Below the pieces are notes generated by a model. It was not told the origin of the DNA. It did no database searches and saw only the letters and a program-made list of their open reading frames with translations. A stretch of 58,458 nt of DNA from Rhizobium sp. Q54 (GTDB lineage Bacteria > Pseudomonadota > Alphaproteobacteria > CADEGL01). Shown piece by piece: positions 1 to 8,789 of this stretch. How positions within the stretch are numbered: position 1 is the first letter of the stretch; every line of letters begins with the position of its first letter. Location: contig CAMAPP010000003.1 in NCBI GenBank assembly GCA_945860095.1, forward strand, positions 1 through 58,458, given 5' to 3'. The translations under genes were made by a program, and so were the position numbers.

Positions 1-212
1 CCTGGGTCACGTCGTCCATCCGACGACGGCCTCGATGGCCTGTCCGAGATTGCGTAGGGTCGGATCGACCTGATCGCGCGCCGGGTCGGTTTCGATGCTG
101 CCATCGGGCCGGATCGGCACTTGCGCGGTGTAGAACACCCCGTCCGCCATGGTCGCCCATTTTCGAGCGGCGCTTTCAGCGCCGGAAGGCCGGTCTTGAT
201 CGCGCGCTTCAT
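1..212 (-). pseudogene. RidA/YjgF-family protein, frameshifted; runs off the window edge
   Basis: Three frames join to MKRAIKTGLPALKAPLE / WATMADGVFYTAQVPIRPDGSIETD...LRNLGQAIEAVV / MDDVTQ, a RidA-like sequence. The ATGs at 212, 150 and 19 are mutually out of frame. Confidence 0.7.
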
Positions 213-238
213 GATCGTCCACCCCGCGTCTTGACCGC

Positions 239-1393
239 TCAGTTCTCGCACGCCCACGCGATGAGCTTGCGCTGGAACTCGATGCCGGAAGCAATTTGAT
301 CGAGGGCGATGAATTCGTCGGGCTTGTGCGCTTCGAGGATGCGGCCGGGGCCGCAGAGCACGGTCGGAATTCCAGCCTCTTGAAACTGCCCGCCCTCGGT
401 GCCGAAGGATACGACCGTGGTCGAATTGGCGCCGGTCAGACGTCGGCATAGCTCCTCGGCGGGCGAACCGGGTTCGGGCACGAGCGCCGGCACGCGGAAC
501 AGCGATTCGGTCGCCACCCCGGTCGCGGGATCGACCGCGTGCATGCGCGGCAGAACGTGGCTATCGATGTGCTGCGTGATGCGCGCCTCGATCGCCTCGC
601 GCGAATCGCCCGGATGCAGGCGGATGTCCCAATGGAAGCGGCACTGGCGGGCGATGATGTTGATCGCGGTGCCGCCCTCGATGACGCCCACCGAAAGCGT
701 GGAATGGGGCGGATTGAACTCGCTGCCGGGTTTGGGATTGCGCGCCTGCTCGTCGTGCAGCCGGTTGATGAAATGGATGATCTCGGCGGCGTTCTGCACC
801 GCGCTCACGCCCTTGTTGGTCGCGCTCGAATGGGCCTCGAGCCCCGTGACCGTGGTGCGATAGCCGAACGAGCCCTTGTGCGCGTTGACCACCTTCATCT
901 CGGTCGGCTCGCCGATCACGACCATGGCGGGGCGCGGCAGGGATTTGCCGATCTCGTCGATCATCAGCGGCGCGCCCGCGCAGCCGACTTCCTCGTCGAA
1001 CGACATGGCGAGATGGATGGGGCGCTTGAGCTTGGCCATTTGCATCTCGGGCACGAGCGCGAGCGCTATGGCGAGGAAGGTTTTCATGTCCGCGGTGCCG
1101 CGCCCGAACAGCTTGCCGTCGCGCTCGGTGACCACGAACGGATCGGTGGTCCAAGGCTGGCCGTCCACCGGCACGACGTCGGTGTGCCCCGACAGGCAGA
1201 TGCCGCCCGGCGCCTCGGGGCCGATGGTCGCGAACAGGTTGGCCTTGGTGCGTTCGGGGTTGTGCACTTGATGCGACTTCACGCCCAGCCCGTCGAGATA
1301 ATCGGCGACCCAGTCGATCAGGTTGAGGTTCGATTTCGATGAGGTGGTGTCGAACGAGACGAGGCGGTCGATCATCTCGCGGGGCGTGGCCAT
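239..1393 (-). CDS. argE: Acetylornithine deacetylase (M20 family)
   Basis: LSGHTDVVP, GRGTADMK, FDEEVGC, VIGEPT and AHKPDE motifs; GGAGG RBS. Confidence 0.92.
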   Translation of the reverse strand: MATPREMIDRLVSFDTTSSKSNLNLIDWVADYLDGLGVKSHQVHNPERTKANLFATIGPEAPGGICLSGHTDVVPVDGQPWTTDPFVVTERDGKLFGRGTADMKTFLAIALALVPEMQMAKLKRPIHLAMSFDEEVGCAGAPLMIDEIGKSLPRPAMVVIGEPTEMKVVNAHKGSFGYRTTVTGLEAHSSATNKGVSAVQNAAEIIHFINRLHDEQARNPKPGSEFNPPHSTLSVGVIEGGTAINIIARQCRFHWDIRLHPGDSREAIEARITQHIDSHVLPRMHAVDPATGVATESLFRVPALVPEPGSPAEELCRRLTGANSTTVVSFGTEGGQFQEAGIPTVLCGPGRILEAHKPDEFIALDQIASGIEFQRKLIAWACEN

Positions 1394-1421
1394 TTCATCC
1401 TCCGAGGAGAGATCGAGAAAA

Positions 1422-2078
1422 TCAGACGTTGGGAAGCGGCGCGGACGAGGGATTGCCGATCATCGACAGAAATTCGCGCCGCGTGGCGGGATCGCTGCGG
1501 AACGAGCCGAGCATGCGGCTGGTCACGAGCGCGGCGCCCGGCTTGCGCACACCGCGCGTCGTCATGCACTGGTGCGCCGCCTCGACGACGACGCCGACGC
1601 CTTCGGGTTCCAGAACGTCGAAGATCGTGTTGGCGATCTGCGCGGTCAGTTTTTCCTGGATCTGCAGACGGCTGGCGAAGGCTTCGACCAGGCGGGCGAG
1701 CTTGCTGATGCCGACCACGCGCCGGCGCGGCAAATAGCCGACGTGAACCTTGCCGATGATCGGCACCATGTGGTGTTCGCAATGCGAGGCAAAGCGGATG
1801 TCGCGCAGGACGATCATCTCGTCGTAGCCTTCGGTCTCCTCGAAGGTGCGCGACAACAGCTCGACCGCGTCCACGTCGTAGCCCGAGTAGAATTCCTCGT
1901 ACGATCGCACGACGCGCTTGGGCGTATCGCGCAAACCCTCGCGTTCGGGATCGTCGCCCGCCCAGCGGATAAGGGTGCGCACCGCCGCCTCGGCTTCCGC
2001 GCGCGAGGGCTTCACGATCGCGGGGCTTGGGGGAAATCCCGCGTTCAGTTTCGCTGGCGTCTTTTTGTCCATTGCCAC
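1422..2078 (-). CDS. folE: GTP cyclohydrolase I
   Basis: [29 protein letters not shown] and HQCMTTRGV motifs. Start is GTG 2078 or ATG 2072. Confidence 0.96.
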   Translation of the reverse strand: MAMDKKTPAKLNAGFPPSPAIVKPSRAEAEAAVRTLIRWAGDDPEREGLRDTPKRVVRSYEEFYSGYDVDAVELLSRTFEETEGYDEMIVLRDIRFASHCEHHMVPIIGKVHVGYLPRRRVVGISKLARLVEAFASRLQIQEKLTAQIANTIFDVLEPEGVGVVVEAAHQCMTTRGVRKPGAALVTSRMLGSFRSDPATRREFLSMIGNPSSAPLPNV

Positions 2079-2102
2079 GCGCTCCGCTCGATTCGGCGCC
2101 GT

Positions 2103-2525
2103 TCAGTGCAAATTGACGTTCTGGTCCGGGCTGTCAAGCGAGAAGGTCGGAATGGCGATGTCGAAGCGCCGGCCGTCCGGACCTTCCATCTCGTAACTGC
2201 CGCCCATGATGCCCGACGGCGTCGAAAGCGGCGTGCCGCTCGTGTATTCGAAGGCCTCGCCGGGCTTGAGCGTGGGCTGCTCGCCGACCACGCCCGCGCC
2301 GCGCACCTCTTGGGTGCGCCCCAGCGAATCGACGATGCGCCAGTGGCGGTTCACGAGTTGCACCGTGTCCGCGCCGTTGTTCTCAATGCGCACCTGATAG
2401 GCCCAGACATAATGGCTCTGATCGGGCTCGGACTGGTCGTTCAAATAGATCGGCTTCACCGTCACGCGGATATCGCGCGTGATGGCTTCGTAGGCATCGA
2501 TTTCCGGGTTGCGTCGGCTCGGCAT
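2103..2525 (-). CDS. apaG: ApaG (Co2+/Mg2+ efflux-associated) protein
   Basis: QLVNRHWRIVD, EVRGAGVVGEQP and FEYTSGTPL motifs. Confidence 0.95.
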   Translation of the reverse strand: MPSRRNPEIDAYEAITRDIRVTVKPIYLNDQSEPDQSHYVWAYQVRIENNGADTVQLVNRHWRIVDSLGRTQEVRGAGVVGEQPTLKPGEAFEYTSGTPLSTPSGIMGGSYEMEGPDGRRFDIAIPTFSLDSPDQNVNLH

Positions 2526-2705
2526 GGTGAATTGCGCTGATTGTACGGATTGTGAGGGAGGATTGTACGGTGCTGTCGTCGCAATTGCCCGGACGGCAGC
2601 TCCGCCCGCTGGGAATAATGCCAGGAGCGACTGCCGCGCCCAACCGACCGTGTTGTGTAGCCTTGGCCCGGCGCTCTGTCCAGGACCCCAGAATAGGCGG
2701 AGAAA

Positions 2706-3920
2706 CTACGCCTTCTTAAGGGCTTGGTCCAAATCGGCGGCGATATCGGCAGGGTCTTCGAGGCCGACCGACAGGCGCACCAAGCCCTCGGCGATGCCGA
2801 GGCGCGCGCGCTCCTCGGGCGGCAAGCGTTGATGGGTCGTGGTCGCGGGATGGGTGATGAGGCTTTTCGCGTCGCCGAGATTGTTCGAAATATCGATCAT
2901 CGCAAGGGCGTTGAGCGCGCGGTACGCGGCCGGCTTTCCGCCCTCAATCTCGAAGGCGACGACGCTGCCACCCGCCGTCATTTGCGTCTGGGCGAGTGCG
3001 CGCTGGGGATGGCTGGGCAGACCCGGATAGAGCACGCGCGCGACGCCTTTCCGGGTCCCGAGGAATTCGGCGATTTCGCGCGCGTTCTCGCAATGGCGTT
3101 GGACGCGGAGGTCGAGGGTTTCGAGCGATTTGACCATGAGCCAGGCGTTGAACGGGCTCATCGCCGGGCCGGTGTGGCGCAGGAAATCGCGGAGCTTTTT
3201 CTCGGCGAATTCGAGGCTCGAGAGCACGACGCCGCCGAGCGCGCGGCCCTGGCCGTCGATGTGCTTGGTCGTCGAATAGACGACGACATCGGCGCCGAAT
3301 TCCATCGGGCGCTGCAGGATGGGGGTCGCAAAGACATTGTCCACGACGACGCACGCGCCGGCCGCGTGGGCAAGCTCGGCGACCGCGCGCATATCGATGA
3401 TTTCGAGCGTCGGATTGGACGGGGTTTCGAAGAACACGGCCTGTGCGGGGCGCTTCAAGGCCGCGCGCCATTGGTCGAGATCGGTGCCGTCTACGAAGAC
3501 CGTTTCGATGCCGTAGCGCGGCAGGAGCTCGGACACGATGTATTGGCAGGAGCCGAACAGCGCGCGCGCCGAGACGACGCGGTCGCCCGATTTGAGCTGG
3601 CACAGCAACGCAGCGAACACGGCGGCCATGCCGCTCGCGGTTGCCCGCGCGGCCCCCGCGCCCTCGAGCAGACGCATGCGCTCCTCGAACATGCCGACCG
3701 TCGGATTGGCGTAGCGCGAATAGACAAAGCGCTGCTTTTCGCCCTTGAAGGCGGCCTCGGCCTCCTCGGCGCTGGCGTAGCGATAGCCCGAGGTCATGAA
3801 CAGGGCCTCGGAGGTTTCGTCGAAGGCGCTGCGCTGCAAGCCGCCGCGCACCAGGCGCGTGCGCATCCGCCAGGACTCGGGGCCCTTGCCCGTCTTGCCT
3901 CCAGTGTCGGAATCGGCCAT
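2706..3920 (-). CDS. metZ: O-succinylhomoserine sulfhydrylase
   Basis: YSRYANPT, YSTTKHIDGQGR (PLP Lys) and SNNLGDAKSL motifs; SAM riboswitch upstream. Confidence 0.93.
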   Translation of the reverse strand: MADSDTGGKTGKGPESWRMRTRLVRGGLQRSAFDETSEALFMTSGYRYASAEEAEAAFKGEKQRFVYSRYANPTVGMFEERMRLLEGAGAARATASGMAAVFAALLCQLKSGDRVVSARALFGSCQYIVSELLPRYGIETVFVDGTDLDQWRAALKRPAQAVFFETPSNPTLEIIDMRAVAELAHAAGACVVVDNVFATPILQRPMEFGADVVVYSTTKHIDGQGRALGGVVLSSLEFAEKKLRDFLRHTGPAMSPFNAWLMVKSLETLDLRVQRHCENAREIAEFLGTRKGVARVLYPGLPSHPQRALAQTQMTAGGSVVAFEIEGGKPAAYRALNALAMIDISNNLGDAKSLITHPATTTHQRLPPEERARLGIAEGLVRLSVGLEDPADIAADLDQALKKA

Positions 3921-3959
3921 CGCGCCTCTCCTCCGCCGCCCGCGCGGGACGCGGGCAAG

Positions 3960-3985
3960 AAAAAACCCCGGCCGGATGGGGCCGA
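3960..3985 (-). terminator. Putative intrinsic terminator in the metZ leader (riboswitch expression platform)
   Basis: Minus-strand UCGGCCCC-AUCCGGCC-GGGG-UUUUUU lies between the aptamer and the GGAGGAGAGG RBS. Confidence 0.55.
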
Positions 3986-3998
3986 GGCGGCGAGCGCT

Positions 3999-4062
3999 CC
4001 GACCCCTTTAGCGAGATTGTTTTACGTGGCCGCAAGCCGGTCGGGCCAAATCACCACGTCGT
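3999..4062 (-). ncRNA. SAM-II (SAM-alpha) riboswitch
   Basis: Minus strand CGTGGTGATTTGGCCCGACCGGCTTGCGGCCACGTAAAACAATCTCGCTAAAGGGG matches the SAM-II pattern (GUGAUUU...GCUAAA pseudoknot); upstream of metZ. Confidence 0.9.
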
Positions 4063-4248
4063 GCGGTCAGAAATAGGCCCGTGCGCGCCAGGCTGTCAAG
4101 ACGGGGACGCGAAGTCGGGAGCGGGACGAAAATGGCGGGGGCTTCGGCGGGTCCCATGTGCCATCGGATCCGGCGGCGCTCCGAACTCCATGGCCCAAAC
4201 CCGTTCCGAGGGCGGCGAACGATATCTCACCGATTTTTCCGGGCTGAC

Positions 4249-5256
4249 CTATTTTGTTTTGGGCAAAATACCTTCACTGGATGTGCGCTCGAGCGCTGGT
4301 CCCGGGCTGCAGGACGCGCCGCCGAGCACGCAAAAGCGCGCGCAATGGGGGTGGTTGAGCGCCACTTGCCGTGCGGCCTCGGCAAGCGTTCGGCCGAGTT
4401 CGAACCGTTCGTCATAGGGCAGCAAGGTGCAGGCGACGACCGCGGGCCGGTCCTCGCCCTTGCGCTTGACGATCATGCGCGAGCGCGCGCACATCACGTC
4501 CTCGGGCGATTTTCCGAGAATGTCCCAGCACGCTTCGGTGATCTCGGGCACGTCCCGGCCCGCATCCATCTCGGGAAACAGGACGAGTTCGGTCGGGTCG
4601 TGGGCGTCGATGGGTGCCGCCAGTTCCTCGAAAAGCCGCGCAAAGCCGCGCCGCAAGCCGCCCTCGTCCTCGGGCCAGCAGGTGCGCGCGGCCACGTGCA
4701 CGCTAAAGCCCTCGCGCGCGAGCCAGCGCAATCCCGCGATGGCCGGCGTCCAGCTGCGCGCGCCGCGCAAGGCCTCGTGGCCTTCGGCGGTGTAGTGGTC
4801 GAGCGAGACGCGAAAGGTCAGGCGCGCCCGCGCCGCGCGGTCCATGGCCGCCAGACGTTCGGCGCGGCGCATCATGGGGCGCATGGCATTGGTCAGGACG
4901 AGCACCCGGAAGGCGCGCGCGAGCGCCTCGTCCAGCATCTCGGGGAACTCGGGATTGAGGAACGGCTCGCCGCCGGTGAAGCCGATTTCGTGCGTGGGCA
5001 GGCCCTGCTCGGCGATTTCGTCGAGAAATCCCCGGACCTCGGCGGCGGTCATGTAGGCGAGGCGGTCGTTGCGCGGGCTCGATTCGATGTAGCAGCCCGT
5101 ACACGCGATATTGCAGAGCGTGCCGGTATTGATCCAGAGCGTCTCGAGCGCCGAGAGCGCGACGTGCGCGCGCGCCTCGCCCCTGGCCGTCCGCTGGGGA
5201 TCGCGGAACTTCGCGGGGTCGAGCGCCTTGGGCGCGGGCGGTGCTGTCAGGTTCAA
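4249..5256 (-). CDS. Radical SAM protein with Cys-rich C-terminus
   Basis: CNIACTGC cluster motif, FTGGEP motif and C-terminal HPHCARFCVLGGASC; TTG start. Confidence 0.88.
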   Translation of the reverse strand: MNLTAPPAPKALDPAKFRDPQRTARGEARAHVALSALETLWINTGTLCNIACTGCYIESSPRNDRLAYMTAAEVRGFLDEIAEQGLPTHEIGFTGGEPFLNPEFPEMLDEALARAFRVLVLTNAMRPMMRRAERLAAMDRAARARLTFRVSLDHYTAEGHEALRGARSWTPAIAGLRWLAREGFSVHVAARTCWPEDEGGLRRGFARLFEELAAPIDAHDPTELVLFPEMDAGRDVPEITEACWDILGKSPEDVMCARSRMIVKRKGEDRPAVVACTLLPYDERFELGRTLAEAARQVALNHPHCARFCVLGGASCSPGPALERTSSEGILPKTK

Positions 5257-5349
5257 ATTCGGCCCCAGCCATGGTCCATCGCCGCCATTAGACCGTGGCC
5301 CGGTTCGAGCGGCAATCGCGGCGCCGCCGACAGCGCTTCACGCTTTCGT

Positions 5350-5392
5350 GATCGGGCCGGTTTTCGCGATCGGCCCGGCTTTCGCGTTCGGA
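5350..5392. repeat. 18-bp degenerate tandem repeat (about 2.4 copies)
   Basis: GATCGGGCCGGTTTTCGC / GATCGGCCCGGCTTTCGC / GTTCGGA. Confidence 0.75.
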
Positions 5393-5429
5393 TCAAAACG
5401 GGGGCGTCGGGGCGGGGGCGCCGTTCCCC

Positions 5430-5458
5430 TGGCTGGCGCGCGCACGCCTGCCTATAAT
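5430..5458 (+). promoter_or_regulatory. Probable sigma70 promoter of tRNA-Gly
   Basis: Perfect TATAAT at 5453-5458, 10 nt before the tRNA; -35 region weak. Confidence 0.5.
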
Positions 5459-5468
5459 CGGGCCCAGC

Positions 5469-5542
5469 GCGGGTGTAGTTCAATGGTAGAACGGCAGCTT
5501 CCCAAGCTGCATACGAGGGTTCGATTCCCTTCACCCGCTCCA
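5469..5542 (+). tRNA. tRNA-Gly(CCC)
   Basis: 74-nt cloverleaf GCGGGTG...CACCCGCTCCA; anticodon arm GCAGC-TTCCCAA-GCTGC; GGTTCGATTCC T-arm; encoded CCA. Confidence 0.98.
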
Positions 5543-5666
5543 TGATCCATCCATCCTTCGCCGCCCCGGCCCCGCTCGCGGCGCGAAGCTGGCGGTACGT
5601 GCCGCCGCTTCGCTGCCGCGCGCCGATTCTTGGCGCCGCCCTGCGCCGTCCCGCGCGCCGATTTGC

Positions 5667-6092
5667 ATGACGGCGTGCCGCACGATTTTTCCCGCGCTGC
5701 TTCTCGGCCTCGCGCTCGCATCCTGCGCGCCCGCGCGAAGTTGCGCGCCGCCTTTTGCCCAGGCCACGTCCTTCGCGCTGTTCTTCGGGCGGTCCCTGCC
5801 TTCGGGCGGCGAGGTCACGGAGTCCGAGTGGCGCGGCTTTCTCGATTCGGAAGTCGCGCCGCGTTTTCCCGCGGGCTTCACGACCGTGCCCGCGCGCGGC
5901 GCATGGCGCGACGCGGCGTCGGGGCGCACGCTCGCCGAGCGCAGCGAGGTGTTGGAAATCGTCGTGCCGGGCGGCGAGGGGCAAGCGCGCGCCGCGCGCG
6001 CGGCGGTCGAGGATATCGCCGCGTCCTATCGTCGGCGTTTTGCCCAGGAATCGGTGCTGCGCACGGAACGGAGTGTTTGCGCCGCGTTCTGA
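5667..6092 (+). CDS. DUF3574-like lipoprotein
   Basis: Lipobox LASC; LFFGRS, EWRGFLDSEVAPRFPAGFT and FAQESVLR patterns. Confidence 0.75.
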   Translation: MTACRTIFPALLLGLALASCAPARSCAPPFAQATSFALFFGRSLPSGGEVTESEWRGFLDSEVAPRFPAGFTTVPARGAWRDAASGRTLAERSEVLEIVVPGGEGQARAARAAVEDIAASYRRRFAQESVLRTERSVCAAF

Positions 6093-6114
6093 GCGGCGGC
6101 CTTGGCGGCGCCTT

Positions 6115-7335
6115 CTAGGGAGCGGCCGCGCGCGCGGCCTCGGAGCTGCGCCGCACCTGGAAGGCGGTGAACACCCCCAGGATCTGCATCACCATGACGG
6201 CTAGGAAGATGTGATGGGGCAGGTGCATGTCCATCAATAGGCCGAAGATCATGGGGCCGATGAGCGCGCCGAGATCGAGGCCCGAATAGACAAAGCCAAA
6301 GACCTTGCCGGTCGAGCCGGGCGGCGTCGCGGCCTTGACCAGCATGTCGCGCGATGGCCCCGTCATGCCGACCGCCAGGCCCGCGCCCGCCATCAGCGCC
6401 GCCGCGGCGTAATAACCCGGCCCCGCGCTCGCCAAAAACACCATCAGCACGGCCGCCGTCACCAGTCCCGCCGCCGCCACCCAATGGTGCTTGGGCGTTT
6501 GGTCGGCGACGATGCCGCCGATCAACATGCCGCTCGCCGAGGCGACGAGATAGGCGCTGAGCGCGTTCGTCGCGGCCGGCAGGCTGACGCCGTAAATATC
6601 GATGAAGGCCGCGACCGAAAAACTCTGAAGCCCGATCCCCGCCGCCGCCGTGAAGATGAAATAGGCGAAGGCGATCATGATCGCGGGCATGGCCAGCAAT
6701 TCGCGGTAGCTGATCGTCGCCGCCTTGGCTTGGGCGTCGTGCGCGTGCGCGCTCCCCGCCACGTTCAGGATGGGCGATCGCCACACCATGACCGCGACCG
6801 CGAGGCCGGCGCACCCGGCGATCAGCAGCGCCGTGCGCCAATCGAAAACATAGGCCAGCGCGCCGACCACCGCGGGCGCCGCGGCATAGCCGAGCGTGCC
6901 GAGAAAGGCGTGCACGCTATAAACCCGCCCCAGCCGGTTGTGCGCGATCTTCGACGTCATGATCGAGAAATCGGCCGGGTGGAAGACGCTATTGCCCACG
7001 CCTGCGAGCGCCGCCAGGGGATAGATCATCCAAAGCTCGGAGGCGAGCGAGGCCAGGGCCGTCGAGCCCGCGAGCAAGGCGATGCCCGCCGCGAGCACGC
7101 CGCGCGCGCCGAGGCGGTCGACGACCATGCCGGCGAAGGCTTGGCAAATGCCCGAGGCGATGAAGAACACGGTCACGATCAGGCCAAGCTCGGTCCAATC
7201 GGCGCCGAACTCGGTTTTCATCAGCGGGAACAGAGGCGCGAACGCGATCTGGAAAAAATGGCTGGTGAAATGGGCGAGGCCGACGAGGCCGGCAACCGTG
7301 GCGTCGTGGCGGACCGAGGGGGCTATGGCGACCAT
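6115..7335 (-). CDS. MFS transporter (Fsr-like)
   Basis: About 12 hydrophobic segments; GMVVDRLG motif A; start set at MVAIAP because the upstream ORF extension is non-coding-like. Confidence 0.88.
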   Translation of the reverse strand: MVAIAPSVRHDATVAGLVGLAHFTSHFFQIAFAPLFPLMKTEFGADWTELGLIVTVFFIASGICQAFAGMVVDRLGARGVLAAGIALLAGSTALASLASELWMIYPLAALAGVGNSVFHPADFSIMTSKIAHNRLGRVYSVHAFLGTLGYAAAPAVVGALAYVFDWRTALLIAGCAGLAVAVMVWRSPILNVAGSAHAHDAQAKAATISYRELLAMPAIMIAFAYFIFTAAAGIGLQSFSVAAFIDIYGVSLPAATNALSAYLVASASGMLIGGIVADQTPKHHWVAAAGLVTAAVLMVFLASAGPGYYAAAALMAGAGLAVGMTGPSRDMLVKAATPPGSTGKVFGFVYSGLDLGALIGPMIFGLLMDMHLPHHIFLAVMVMQILGVFTAFQVRRSSEAARAAAP

Positions 7336-7452
7336 CGCGGCGGAAGCTAAGTCCCCATGGCATCGCGGGCAAGCGCTGCCTGGCGCATGGCCGACCTGCG
7401 GGCGTGCGTGCGGGCGGGGCGGGCGGGGCATCCCGTTAAGATCGACCCCCCA

Positions 7453-7486
7453 AGGCCCGGCATCGATAAAGGCCCGGCACCGATAA
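7453..7486. repeat. 17-bp tandem duplication in the divergent promoter region
   Basis: AGGCCCGGCATCGATAA / AGGCCCGGCACCGATAA. Confidence 0.85.
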
Positions 7487-7540
7487 AGGGCCGCGCGGAG
7501 CGCCATTGCGCGCCCGGCCGGGGTGTTTCTTTGTTTGAAG

Positions 7541-7559
7541 GAAATGGTATAATATTGCA
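7541..7559. promoter_or_regulatory. Zur box
   Basis: GAAATGGTATAATATTGCA gives 15/19 matches to the recalled palindromic Zur consensus GTAATGTTATAACATTACA; it overlaps a TATAAT and precedes a Zn ABC operon. Confidence 0.8.
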
Positions 7560-7624
7560 TATTCGGATCTCGCGCCTGGGCTGGGCGCTGGGAGGAACGA
7601 TCTTCCCCCAATAGGAAATTCTTG

Positions 7625-7981
7625 ATGTCGAGCGAAGCCAATCGCGGCGCCGGGCACGGTCCCTCTCCTGGTCCCTCTGGCCCTGGCCATCCGGTGGGCC
7701 CTGGCCATCCGGGTCATAGCCATCCGGGCCCTGGCCATCCGGGCCCTGGCCATCCGGGCCAAGGCCATCCGGGCCCTGGCCATCCGGGCCAAGGCCATCC
7801 GGACCATAGCCATTCGGCCCAGGGCGACGTCGCTCATAGCCATCCGGGCAATGACTGCCTTGGCGATAGGCAATCGAGCGGCACGGGGGTGATGGCTGCG
7901 GGCCTGGGGCGGCGCATGGCGATCGCGGGTCTTGCTGCCGCGCTCGTCTGGCTCGCCGTCGCCTGGGCCTTGGCGTCGTGA
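7625..7981 (+). CDS. His-rich repeat protein with C-terminal membrane helix, first gene of the Zn operon
   Basis: AGGA RBS; 14 His in GHPG[PQ] repeats; C-terminal RRMAIAGLAAALVWLAVAWALAS; stop lies 1 nt before the ATPase ATG. TTG 7622 is an alternative start. Confidence 0.75.
   Translation: MSSEANRGAGHGPSPGPSGPGHPVGPGHPGHSHPGPGHPGPGHPGQGHPGPGHPGQGHPDHSHSAQGDVAHSHPGNDCLGDRQSSGTGVMAAGLGRRMAIAGLAAALVWLAVAWALAS
7680..7850 (+). repeat. 15-bp coding tandem repeat GGCCATCCGGGCC(CT/AA)
   Basis: At least 7 near-perfect units plus degenerate CATAGCCAT units. Confidence 0.95.
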
Positions 7982-7982
7982 G

Positions 7983-8789
7983 ATGGCGGAGGGCTCGCCT
8001 GCGATGAAACCGTCCACCGTCCGTTTGCTTGCCGCACATCCGCCGGCCATGAAGTTACCCGTCATCCGCTTGCAGGACGTGACCGTCAGCCATGACCGCC
8101 GACCGGCGGTGCATCACCTGAGCGGTGCCTTCGAAGCGGGCTCCATGACCGCGATCGTCGGGCCCAATGGTGCCGGCAAGACGACTCTGCTGCGCGCGAT
8201 CATGGGCCTGCAATCGGCCGAGGGGAGCCTCGCGGTCGAGGGTGCACGGCGCGGCGATCTCGCCTACCTGCCCCAGCAATCCGAACTCGACCGGCAGTTT
8301 CCGCTGACGGTTTACGATCTCGTGCTGATGGGCCATTGGCCGCGCGCGGGCGCGTTCCGGTCGATCACGCGCCCCCAGCGCGCGAGCGCGTGCGAGGCCT
8401 TGTCGGCGGTGGGCCTTGAGGGCCTCGAGGATCGCCCGGTCGGCACGCTGTCGGCGGGGCAGTTGCAGCGCGCCATGTTCGCGCGCGTGCTGGTGCAGGA
8501 CGCGCGCGTGTTGTTGCTCGACGAGCCGTTCAACGCCATCGATATGCGCACCACCGCAAATCTGCTCGACATCGTCGTGCGCTGGCACCGGGAACGGCGC
8601 ACCGTCCTCTGCGTGCTGCACGATCTCGAACTCGTGCGCGCGCATTTCCCGCGCACCTTGCTGATCGCGTGCGAACCCGTCGCCTGGGGTCCGACCGCCG
8701 AGGCGCTGACGCCGGCCAATCTTTTGCGCGCACGCGCCATGGCCGAACGCTGGAGCGAAGACGGCGAACACCGCGCGAGGCGGGCGTGA
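7983..8789 (+). CDS. Zn/Mn ABC transporter ATPase (AztA/ZnuC-like)
   Basis: GPNGAGKT, LSAGQLQR and LLLDEP motifs; start could also be 8004 or 8049. Confidence 0.92.
   Translation: MAEGSPAMKPSTVRLLAAHPPAMKLPVIRLQDVTVSHDRRPAVHHLSGAFEAGSMTAIVGPNGAGKTTLLRAIMGLQSAEGSLAVEGARRGDLAYLPQQSELDRQFPLTVYDLVLMGHWPRAGAFRSITRPQRASACEALSAVGLEGLEDRPVGTLSAGQLQRAMFARVLVQDARVLLLDEPFNAIDMRTTANLLDIVVRWHRERRTVLCVLHDLELVRAHFPRTLLIACEPVAWGPTAEALTPANLLRARAMAERWSEDGEHRARRA

Noticed and set aside
5469-7400. Genomic island integrated at tRNA-Gly
   Set aside because: No integrase, no duplicated tRNA 3' end and no obvious composition shift.
7680-7850. Collagen-like protein
   Set aside because: The period is 5 residues (GHPGP), not uninterrupted Gly-X-Y.
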